64,000 bases of DNA from Lingula anatina (lineage: Eukaryota > Animalia > Brachiopoda). This document shows, one piece after another, positions 1-11,700 of the stretch. The position numbers and the translations under genes are program-made. Numbering within the stretch: the first letter of the stretch is position 1; every line of letters begins with the position of its first letter. Under the pieces are notes generated by a model, which worked only from the letters and a program-made list of their open reading frames with translations, ran no database searches and was not told the DNA's origin. Where the stretch lies: positions 1,240,001-1,304,000 of the forward strand of contig CM120649.1 in assembly GCA_051362555.1 (NCBI GenBank), given 5' to 3'.

Positions 1-213
1 CTTTTGTTTTTGATTTTATAGCTAAATTCAATCCACGTCTATACATGGTAATCCATGTCGACAGAACAACCCCAGGGTCATTTTAACGGTAAAATAGTTT
101 GTATCTTCAACGTACACAAATGTAACAAAAGTTACAAACGTGGACGCATGCTTTGTACATGTATATTATAAAGAAATCCTTAATCGTTTCCTTATGTTCA
201 ATGCTGAATATAG

Positions 214-3200
214 GTGCCGTCAAGCTACTTGCGACACAAGAAGTTACAGGTAATGAGTTATTCACCGACGTGCAGGATAACGACGTCCTCGATGTGGTAG
301 AGGTGATTCCCAGTCTGAAAGCAATCGAACACGAACCCGAACCTTGCCTTTACCACACTCTTATGAATTACAATCCTAACATGCAACCGGTCAGCCTGAA
401 CGGGTTTGACTACAACGTTTATTCCTACAACGAAGCAGACCCGAGCTACGATCCAAACCTGCCGGGTGGGACTCCGCCGAGTGAATTTGCTCACGTGCTC
501 ATCTTAAGCAACGTTACAGTGCACAAACTACAAGGTAAAGTATGTCGTCAACTCCGTGTGATCTAGGCCCCCTTTACACTGGACGCGCACCATCCTTCTA
601 CGATCTTTGTGCGACCATGACACTGGCATCGCTGTGGTCGTAGAAAAGAGGCACATGTATCGCTTTGGTTGCAAAATGAATTCTCAACGATCGGCTAGGG
701 GTCAGTATGTAAGGTATTATTTTTTTACTCTCAATCGGGACCGTAGTACGAGACGCAGAAAGGACGCCGTCCAGTGTAAAGGAGGTTTTTAAGTGGCTGA
801 TTTAAACCAGCATATAATATATAAATGCAGGCATATGAAGTCAAAAGTCAACCAGGGCGGTTTGAATTCCTTTAGTAGAAGAAACACGATAATTTAAAAT
901 CTTCTTTTATGATCTTTATAATATTTTAAATGTAAACTTTTCAGATATTTCTATAAGGAAGTGCGTCGGACATAAGTATGATATAGAGCACAGGGAAGAA
1001 GTGGATTCTCATTATGCAGTAATGAGGGTAGAAGAGGCCCCTCCCGTGAAACCAGGAGATATTATAGTTAGCAACGACTGTGAAGGATTTGTGGAAACTG
1101 TCAGCAGCGTGCAGAGTGGGGACAGAAGTTCGTACATTCGATCGGACTTGACTCACTGTGAAATATTTGAAAACGGGGACACTGCATTGGAGTAAGTTTT
1201 CTTCACTGGAAATTGCTTTTAAATTGTCTGTTTTTGTTTGAATTGAGAGAGAGAGAGAGAGCGAGAGAGACCGGAAAAAATAAAATAGTAAGAATGGAAG
1301 GCCAGGAGAAACTGTACATCTGTAAATGTACACTTTGGAGTCAAAACTATTATTTGGTAGAAAAAATATAATGAAGTAGTTTTCAGCGGAATTGCATTCG
1401 ATTGTTTGGATAAATGACGAGTCATAAAAGGCAATTTTTTTATGTTGGTAATAATAATGACAAGAAAAAAATGTTATCAGAGTCGGTTAGACTAAGAACT
1501 TGAACTTGACTCTGGGATATTATTATGCATCGTAGTTTGAATTCGAGATGGAGTCGATGTAACGTGACAGAGAGTCCCCTGTTGTTACACTATTGTGAGA
1601 CCAAACACTTACCAGTAGCAACTAAAGTACATTCTCTAATTTAAAACGTACACTTATAATGTAACAATAAAGTGTGAATGACATCACTGTTATAAAATAA
1701 CATAAATGCCATATGCTTACTTTTTTGCTATAGTCTAAGGTTTCCTAAGCGAAGGTCCTGCCTGTCTCACTACTTTTAAAATGTCTGCCTAACTCGGCAC
1801 AGAAAAGGCTAGAGGGTCACGAGGACTACTTCTCACTTATGCAAATTATAAGTGGAGAGGCTGAGATTGTGCTAGTTGTGCTTCTAGTACTTCCGGTGCA
1901 ATCACTGCAACTACAATATCTGTTGTCATAGTCTGCTAAGCGCGTAAATCAATACATTTGAGAATTTTGGAACTGGCAGACATTGCAATTAGAGCTTAGG
2001 CTGCATTCGCAACCCTAGTTGTTCCTTGGGCTAACAGATCTGCGGATCAAATATGGCCGGCCCACTTACCACGAATTCCCAGCAGGCAATCTATGCACTG
2101 TATATTGGGCTATAATAGTGCAAGTTTTAAAGTTAGTCGGCCATATTTGATCCGCGGACATGTTAGTCCGCGGACCAAGTTTGGCTGTGAATGCTATTTT
2201 TCTCCATCACAAATAAATACGACCTTTTTTCCTCACTGCTTTTTTTGCGTTTTCAGCATTAAAAGTTGGACTCGGAGCCCCAATATCACGTCCTGCGCAG
2301 GCGGAAATGGAGAACCCGGTATAATGATAATGGATGGACCAATCAGCGGATTACAGAATGATGACGTCATCGTCGGAAGGAGATGCAGGCCAATCGTTGG
2401 TGAGGTGAGATGACAAAGACAACTAGGACCGCCTTAATTGAGGGTCCCACTGGGAATTTTCGTTACCCGTGAAAGCCACTTTTTTATTTCCCAATACGCG
2501 CGAAACATTTCATATTATTTAGCGTGATTCGTGAAGCACCCCATTCCCGTGACTCGTAGATTTTTATTCTTCGACTTCCGTGAAACAAAGTCATCATAGT
2601 CGGGGATTCGTGATTTTCAGGATACAGTATTCGACTCGCATTATTAGTGAAACAAGAATTAAATGCTTTTACTGTTAATTTATTGTATTATTTACCGTGA
2701 ACTGTGACCACTAACCCCCCCACCCCCCGACCAAATGGACCCTGGAACTTAATTTGAATGGTCAACCATTTGGAATTGAAGAAAGTTTTTGGACTAAAAG
2801 TTTAGACCAATTTCCAGACCAATTTTTTTTTGTAAAACGTCCCTTGCGGCCTTCTCTATATTTATACCTTTTATTAAATCATAAACATCCCCAGAAATGC
2901 ACTGCATGACGTCACGCTTAGCCCACTGCGCATGCGTGCACTTTTAATGAGTTGCTAGATTGCCATAGGAAAATGAATGGGTTCACGATTCGTGGGTAAT
3001 TCGTGATAAACTTATGGCCTGATGCCGATAGACAGCAACGTTGTGCTATGCTTCAAGCAACTCCTGACCAAATATCGCTAGGGTTTAAAAAAAAATCCGT
3101 TGTACACACGTACTAAGAAGTTTGCCGTGTATTGCCTAGCCTACCCTCAGCAAAACGCACATATTTTCAGAAATAGTGATTTTCGACAGTAGATTCACTC

Positions 3201-6200
3201 AGAAACAAAGGCAAACTTATTCGTTGCCGATAGCACCAGCAGATACACTGTAGCAGCACCATACAGAGTCTGATTAAAAACTTATCATGGCAATTGAAGA
3301 ACTTTTACCACTGTACAATGGAGTCCAAAAAAAGCACTTGGCACAAATGTGAAACTGCCCAGTGCAAGGCCAAGAATTCAATCAGTATTTTCAATCATAT
3401 TATCAGATTCTACATAAATTGACTGACAATATCACTACTCAGTATTTAACTAATCTCTTAATCCAAAATTCCTATCATCATTTAATAATAATGCAAAATT
3501 CTTCTTTCAGATTGCTATTTATTTTAAATTTTAATGCTGCAACTGTTCCAAAATAATCTTGTAGTAAAGGAAAAATGCAAATAAGAAGTGGAAGACCAAT
3601 TTTACCCACATTATTCAATTATTTGAATATAAAAATAATAAGATCACGATTTTTAATCGTTAAAACAAATTAAAATAATCTTTCATGAACTCTTTCTTGA
3701 ATAACATATTGAACAAAATTAAAGTTATAAATTAGTGGTAATGGCTTATTCTGGAATATATGACCTCTGCACATCATCAGTACCCGACTTGGTACAGCAT
3801 AGTTACTACTTGGATACAGAGTTAGATTTAATAATGGAACAATAAGAACAATATATATTACAATAAACTTCTCTGCACATGTCAGACGCTTGTTACCATG
3901 AAATAACACTACTTGATAATGGGCTGAGCACTTATCACAGAGTCTGTGTGCGATGCCATTGTTGTGCTGTGATCGGCTAGTTGAGTCACGTGAAGCCTTA
4001 CTGTAGCGCCCTCGCGTATCGCGTGAATGCTGCGCATTTCTGGCCCTGATTTGCGCTTGCATCACGTACGTGTGCCAATATTTCTTGCTTTTGTAAAGTA
4101 TAAGTATCAAGTATCAGATTTTTGATGTCAATTGTCGTTATACATGTAAAAAACACCATTTTTAACATGTTTGAGTTATCCCAAAATTAATATCTTAACA
4201 TCAAGCTTACAATGTGCTTGTAATTATTTCATAAGGCATTTTTTCTAATGATTTTAGAAAAAAACATCAGATCATTTTATTGCGTCCTTTTTTATTGTCA
4301 ATACATTTCGTTACAAAATAAAATCTTTATGGAATGCGCCATTTAAGAATTGAGTAGTTATTATGACAATGTTTCCCACCGGCGTTTTCACCAAGTTTGT
4401 TACTACAGACCTATTCACAACTTGATACTTTATTAAAGGTGCTGCGAAATGTCACGAACGGAGACTATGTGCTGATCGAGTATGCTGCCGTCGTTGTCAT
4501 CGACGTGAGCTCTCACCAAGTACGAGTGGTCAGCGAACACCAACACTTTGAAACCCACAGGAGGATAAGACAATTGGACCATACCGGGACAAACATCTTC
4601 CCGACGTCGATGTCAGTGACAGTGGCACAGTCTACGGTGAGTTGTGTGCAGTTCTGGGTAGGCACTGGCATAACACTTACGTAAACGCTTGTAAACGCGT
4701 GCGCACGCGCGCGCTCGCGTGCACACACACACACACACATGAAAAAAAAATAGACATACATGTACACGGGGCGACATGTGATAGAGACGTTTGTTGTATT
4801 CATGTTAAAAATTGCCAAACAAAAACGACATACACTGCTGAATACATCGTGTATTGTATGTTGCAGTCCAATTGCAGCGTCTTCAGTGCATCGGCGAGCG
4901 TGAACTTTCTAACCCAGCTACGTATGAGCCTCTTTCTGAATACCTCTTCGCCGTATATAGATGGCGCTGATTTTAACATTTCCACAACTGTGAATTACGC
5001 TGTCAATTTTCGTACGGATTTCAATTGCAGGTGAGTCTGACGCATTTCTTTCCATTTTGGTTTAGCTTGTTTTCAGATTGCTGTTTTCAAATGTGATTGG
5101 ATTTAGATAAACAGGAATTTTAGAAAGCTAAAATATACAAATTAACCATTAACCTTTACTTATATCTGATGCTTCTCTTATGCAACTTTCTAAGCCAATG
5201 TCACAAGTGCATTTGATACACTGACGAAACCATTGGACAAAATGTGTAACATGCGTAGTCGTAATTGTGTTTAAAAAATGAAAAAAAATTAGTTGCAGTG
5301 ACCAAGAAAGTCTCATTGAAACCCAAATAAGGAAGCTTTGGTAATTTGCTTCTTAATCACCCTTCTCAATTTTGTTCCAGTGATAATCGGACTGTTACCA
5401 TACCAACAGGACCCCCTATATTACGCTTCAATCTTGCGCTGTGTGCGTACAGCTTTGGTTTTCCAATGCGTATAGTTTGCCTCCCAATGGCTGTGTACGC
5501 CACGATAAGTGGAGAATTCACCATCAATACACAGGTACAGACTTTTATTCCATAGTGCCTTTACACGTACTAATGAACGATTTTCGTGAATTTTTAACTT
5601 TAAAGGAATGACGAACAATGTATTTTATTCTTACAATTTTCCTTCAATGATTACTTTAATATATATATTTTAATCTTATCCCATCTTGAATAGTATATCT
5701 TTTATAGTATAGCGTTTGAAGATAGGCGAGGAGATGTTACATATTTGCACTCATGTTGTAATTGTTTTGTTTCAATATGATATTATATGTCAAGGGTGTA
5801 TATCCAGGATTATTTGAAGGGGGTGGTCCGATTTTTTTATGATTGACAAGCCTAGGTTGCGGCCGACCCTCGCCCTCTTGGTAAAGAGAGCGGTATTGGT
5901 GCTTTGGGGGGCAACTGTGGTTCACAAAGTTAAAATTCAATTTTCAAGAGGGGAATATTGGGTTTACATTCTTTCGAAACCGAAAGATCTTTTAATCTGT
6001 TGACTTCAGCGAGAGTCCCCTTGGAGTCAGTTTCAATTTTCTACGACGTTAGTTGTGAAAGCACAGTGAACATTAGGCCCTGCTCATATATTATCATATA
6101 TTATTATATGTTAACATATATTTGCGATATACTTATTCAACTGTCATTGTGGTACGTGAAGTTTTGCTCAATTTCACAAGTTCACTTCGAGCTGTTTAGA

Positions 6201-8169
6201 CAAATCAAAATGAATCATTTTAACTAGGTTAGACAACTTTCTATGTAATTTCCAGACTATTAGGTTTTTAATTTCAAGAAGTGGAACGGTATAGAGTTTG
6301 CGCGATGTGAATAGGGTCCAGAATCTAATTAACCACATCCCACAAACAATATCGCACGCAATGGCAGATTTCACTCTTGTTTGGAAAAGAACTCTTAATA
6401 AATATCTTATTGCACATGGGGTAAGCAGTCTCTTAAAACTTGAAACAAAATGTTAATATGTTTTCTTATAATATCCTAGGGAAGCGGGTTCGTAACATAT
6501 CATCTGCAGCGCACTGGCAATGTGCAATTCAGCGCCTCTTGGAAAGAGAGCGAAGGAACCTCACACACGCCACCTGTCGTATGTATTTTTGCATAAATCG
6601 TAAGAATACTTGTGTTCTTCCCCGGTATACGTTTTCTCGCCAAATCTATATGTTATTTCCCTCGAAGAAAATTTTAATTTCTCCTACTTAACGGGTCTGT
6701 CTTTTCATTTGTTTGTACACATATTCATCTATGTCTATGTTTGTCATTTTTTTCCTTTATTTTCAATCTTTTGATATTTTTTTCTGACAGTGTCGTAGGC
6801 CCTAACTTCTCTACTTTCTTGTCCGTTTTTGTGAAGATCTTTATCTCTGTATTTTATAGTTTGATAAATATGTTTATCTCTTCTTTCTTTAAGTACCACA
6901 TGTCGTCTTCGGCACCAACGTATGATGGGACCCTCATTGCAGGCGGAACCCGGTCTTTCACTGAATTACGACTCAATACGGGGTTGTTTTTGAGCTATCC
7001 ACCACAGGATTGGAATACCACGTTCGCTTACTTTTTGGGAGGAGCAGAACTGACGGCAACCATTGTTAGAGAATTGATAGAGGATCTGAATCTTCCCGTA
7101 GAATCAGGTAAGCGAGAATGTTATTGAATTTAAAATACCAAGTCGGACACTTTTTCTTCAGGTGTCTTATTAACTAGATTTAATATATGAGGTTGTTGGC
7201 AATCGGCTAGTGCCATTGGCGGACACCAACGTTTTCTTACCAAGGTTGACTTCGCCGTGGCCTGACCATTATCGGAACAAGAAAAAATGCTGAATTACGA
7301 GCCACAAAAATATCGCAAACATTTCAGTTTGCACCCCCCTCCGAAATCTACTCCGATCGTTCAGCAAAACTGACGTTTCCACTTCTTGACATCTCAGTGA
7401 TATGACTATTTTTGTAATATTTATAACTGCGTCATATCAAATGATATGACGCAGTTATAAATATTACAAAAATAGTCTTTTTTGTGTGCTTTTTAAATTT
7501 TTTTCTGTTGATGATCCAAGCAACTCATGTATTTCTTACTAGTACATAAGGATATTTTCTTGGCATTGTTATTCTTACCTCGTTCACATGAACGGTACTT
7601 GTATTTCGTTTTTGTTTATGATTTATACATGTAATACTCATTTCTCATTTGAGAATTCGTTTGGCCAGTGAGGCTTTAGTCCCCCTTTTTGAGAGACAAA
7701 TCTCACCAGGGGGCGACACGGACAGTAGGTGCTGGTTCCAGGGTCACCTAAGCATATTTGATAACTGCTTTTACCACATCAGGTTTTGTACAAATTTACA
7801 AACGAATAAATAAATGATTACACAACCAAATTTACGATCCCAACCCTCTACCTAGTTAATTCTCTCTCTCTCGCTCTCTCTCTCGTTTGATTATGATACG
7901 ATAATGATATTACATTGCAGCACCCATTTTGCAAATTTCCTTGGAGACGCCTGTCAGGGCCAAAGTTGATGTCCTTTCCTGCCCGGACCCTGGACAGTGT
8001 AATAACGACACGGACAACGTGAAGGTGTCTGTGAACGCGGAACACCCGGCAGAGGTTGTAGGGACGCTCCAGCCGTACGACTTGCCGACGAGATTCTTCC
8101 GAGAGGCTGGCCAGGGCTTCACTGGATAGTGAGTGGTTTAAAAGAGTTTTTATTATTGTGCCAGATGAT

Positions 8170-8227
<58 letters not shown>

Positions 8228-8296
8228 GTGGACCTCAACAGAAAGAGAGAGGGAGAGAAAATTAAATATTGAAAGAGAGGTACATGTAGAGCTCAT

Positions 8297-8350
<54 letters not shown>

Positions 8351-8354
8351 CAGC

Positions 8355-8387
<33 letters not shown>

Positions 8388-10847
8388 GAAGATGGGTAAA
8401 TAAAATAGAGTGAGTGAGAGGAGAAGAGGTAAAAGCATGTGAACAAAATTATTGTCATATCTAGTTACACTTAGCTTAAAACACGACTTTAGCTACATGT
8501 ACTCTCCAGTTTATCTTAGCTTTAAACGCGACTTAAAGATCATTTAAGATGACGATTAAGAAGTTCTGATGGAACGAAAGTACAGAACAAAATATTAGAA
8601 GATAATTTAGATATCTAATAGTGAACATTTTAATATACACATCTAACAGTGTGGTACATTGATGGTATTTTTTTTTCAGCAAATGTTTTATAACGTCACT
8701 GAGACCCAATTGTTCTAGTGGCGGAGGAGATGAGAGAGGTGACCCACACGGGGATTCCTTGGACCACAAGCCATTCAGTTACGGCGATGCCGGCCTGTTC
8801 CTGTTAAGCAGAGTGGCTGAACCTTATCGGGTATGTTTTGTCTTGGTCAACCCTGCCCGTAGCTTCATTATCCTATATTTATCTACCAGTCGTCATGTCG
8901 CTCTGTTTAGTGGTTATCTGCGTTTGTTACGTAGTAATTGCACCTTTGGTTCTTTCTTTCATATTGTGTGTCAGTTAATCTGCCCCTCTGTCTGTGTCTG
9001 TCTGTCTGCCTGTCTGTCTGCCTGTTTGTCTGTCTATGTCTGCCTCTCTGTCTGTGTCTGTCTGACTGCTTGTTTGTCTTTCTGTCTGTTTGTCTGTCTG
9101 TTAGTCTGTCTGCGTGTCTGTCTGCCTGTCTGTTTGTCTGCCAGTCTGTTTGTCTGCCTGTCTGTTTGTCTGTTTGTCTGCACAAGAATCCGTCTGTGTG
9201 TGTGTCTTCAAGTGTAACACCGTATTAAACTACCTATTTACCTCTTGGTGAACCTGTTTGACTTCCAATATTACCATTCATAATTTTTTTCATCGATACT
9301 TTTTAATAATCATGTATGAAACAAAATCCTTATGCTGTTTTTAAGGCGTATATTAATAATGAGGAGCTAGGCAGTGTTAAAGTTATTCAGAGGATGGGGG
9401 CCCGGGGGGGGGGGGGGGGAGCTTCTCTTGACAAGGTGGGGAATTGTGGCGATATCTGATAGCTATATCCATCACAACCATCTATCATTTTCTTGAAACA
9501 GTACAGCATCCCGTTACAATTCCCTGTTCGTAAATGGTAAGTCATACGTAGTGATTGGGCTTAATTGTGTTTTTTTTTACCCAGGGTGACGTAGAGACGT
9601 TATTCAAGATTGTCAGTAAAGCAGTAGCTGCAAGAGGAACATCATTCGTGGAAGCTGGGCTAATGTTTATATACGGGAAGAAAATCATGGTTTCGAACAC
9701 TGGCACTGCGCAGGTAAAGTGTATTTTCATTTTATGAAAATAGGTGGGCCATATTATGAAAAGTTTGTCAAGCGATTCTGAATCGCGCCGTTATGTGACC
9801 AGAAAATTGAGCTTAGGCAAAAAAAAAATATTTTGCCACGAGAATCACATAATTTCCTTTCAAGATTCGGACACCAGAAACCTGTATTTGATTTCAAACA
9901 TCTGAACTAAGTGATGCAGGGATAAAAAACGTAGAAAATAACATGGCGGCACTTAGGACGTATTAAGTCCATCTAGGCAAGACTCAAGTAGATGACGAAT
10001 CGCCAATTATACCCAGAGAGGTAGAATACGTCGCAAAAGTGGTCGAGGTAGACAACGAAAGGCCTTCCTTCCATGCCAATTTTGAAATTCCAACAAGACA
10101 TATATATAACATAATGTATATACATGGGCGGATCCAGGATTTTTTAGGGGGGGGGGGCGCGAATACGACACCGATCTCCCCCCATCTTGGCATGGGGTTC
10201 GGGACCCTTTGAAGGGCCCAAAGATACGTATTTTAAAAGGCGAACGGTGTTATTTTGTACGGTTTAGAAGTATGATTCTGCTAGCCAAAATTCTGATTTC
10301 AAGAGGGGACCAGTAGTGTGATTTTTTTTCAGAAATTGTAGGGGAGGTCAGGGCCCCCCTGACTACCCCCAGATTCACCACTAGCAGTGCAAATAGGTGT
10401 CCTCAGGGCTGCTGTTCTCATGAAAATATTCCTATAATTGAACTTTTAATTTTTATACAGGAAATGTGTTATTATTTTTTGTCATTTAAGGTCGACGATC
10501 AAGAGGTGACACTTCCTTATGAAGAAAATGGAATTTCTATCAAATTAGTAAACAAGTATTACCACCGCCGCGGAAAGCAAGGGAAAACTGTCAACGAGCG
10601 AGCCATTTCCATTCAAACTGCTGCGAAAATTAACCTTATAGTCAGTCTTAAGAGGCACTACCTCGGTCTGACCTTACCCGGACATTACCGAGGTAAAGTG
10701 GAAGGGTTATTTGGGAACTTCGACGGTGATCCGACCAATGATGAAAGAACGTGTGACGGGAGAGACCTCAGCCACGAAATACTTCCCAAGGCTGAAAAAT
10801 GGAAGTTAATGGCGGAATCTTGCTTAGTGGACGAGGACGGGGAGTAA
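214..10847 (+). CDS. Multi-exon, probably extracellular protein with a C-terminal von Willebrand factor type D (VWD) domain; 5' end lies outside the window
   Basis: Twelve GT-AG exons with consistent phases: 214-534, 945-1191, 2257-2404, 4439-4636, 4867-5030, 5381-5534, 6480-6578, 6894-7107, 7921-8128, 8680-8830, 9585-9713, 10491-10847 (stop). Total 2390 nt plus 1 nt from an upstream exon gives 797 codons with no internal stop. VWD hallmarks: GDPH (8738-8749), VDDQEVTLPY, LPGHYRGKVEGLFGNFDGDPTND. AATAAA at about 11098. Confidence 0.8.
566..787. mobile_element. MITE (possibly PIF/Harbinger-like) in intron 1 of the VWD gene
   Basis: Inverted termini CCTTTACACTGGACG (571-585) and CGTCCAGTGTAAAGG (768-782) around a non-coding interior. 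Confidence 0.55.
2441..2744. mobile_element. MITE-like element with internal CGTGA repeats
   Basis: Termini GAGGGTCCCACTGG and CCAAATGGACCCTG are imperfect inverted repeats; the interior has many CGTGA(A/T) copies. Confidence 0.45.
7404..7477. repeat. Perfect palindrome, 36-bp arms with a 2-nt spacer
   Basis: GACTATTTTTGTAATATTTATAACTGCGTCATATCA (7404-7439), then AA, then its exact reverse complement (7442-7477). Confidence 0.9.
8173..8390. repeat. Compound (GA)n/(CA)n microsatellite
   Basis: Long GAGA and CACA runs directly visible. Confidence 0.95.
8985..9205. repeat. Imperfect (TGTC)n tetranucleotide microsatellite
   Basis: Tandem TGTC/TGTT/TGCC units; explains the spurious ORFs at 8759-9217, 8907-9185 and 8938-9228. 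Confidence 0.95.
10123..10384. mobile_element. Non-autonomous DNA transposon of the GGCGGATCCAGG...GATCCGCC type
   Basis: Starts CATGGGCGGATCCAGGATTTTTTAGGGGG and ends CCCCCAGATTCACCACTA. Related termini occur at about 5791, 32083-32350 and about 51731. Confidence 0.5.
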
Positions 10848-11439
10848 GTTACAGGCCATTCTGATTTTGACCTAGATCTATTTAATGTATGTTGTAGGTG
10901 AACTGAATTCGATGTGTGTATAAAATAACGAAAACTAAAGCATTCTGTTCATGTTTAATTTTAACATATTTTTTAATCTTTTTCTAATTCATCGACTTTG
11001 CCTTTTTAATTCATTGTAATATAAAATACATATTGATTAATCATTGTGCACGGTTGATGAGACGCTTGTTAAGCACTGAAATTATTCTCATAATAATAAT
11101 AAATATTCGGTTTATCTTTTTTGTTTAACTCTATGTGTTTTGGTATTTTCCATCAGATTGATAAACGAGGCTCAAAGAAGAAAAAGAAGAAAGAGAGAAG
11201 ACAAATTCTAGACGAGAAACAACGTGTGCTGACAGAGACGGACATCACTTGAAGATTCCCGCGACACACCACACACGAAAATGTTGTGCTCACATATATA
11301 CACTGACAGACAGTCATTATCGATTTACAACTGAATTCAATACACTCCTTAACCCTGTGTACAATATTGCAACTTTTTTTACCTTTCTTTTTAGCGCTCG
11401 GCAATCACACAATGCCACGCATTTTGAGGTCAACCACTG

Positions 11440-11700
11440 GAGAACCATTCAATGCAGTGTCACACCAAGCACAATACGATGTCACACCTAACACAATTCG
11501 ATGTGTCACCCAACACAATGCTCTGTCACACCTAACACAATGTAATGTCAAACCTAACACAATGACACAATTCCTGAATTGTTTGACTTAACACACAGTC
11601 ACATCGAAGACGCCATGCAATTCACAAAGCGACTAAATTTGACACCTGACGAGACACTTGACAATCAAAACACTGTCACCCAAAACACACGTGCTGTCTC
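11440..11700. repeat. Degenerate ~20-bp minisatellite
   Basis: Repeated ACACAAT(N)nTGTCACACC-like units downstream of the VWD gene. Confidence 0.65.

Noticed and set aside
8153-9228. ORF-track proteins rich in SLSL, CLSV or RQTD
   Set aside because: They are translations of GA/CA/TGTC microsatellites inside introns.
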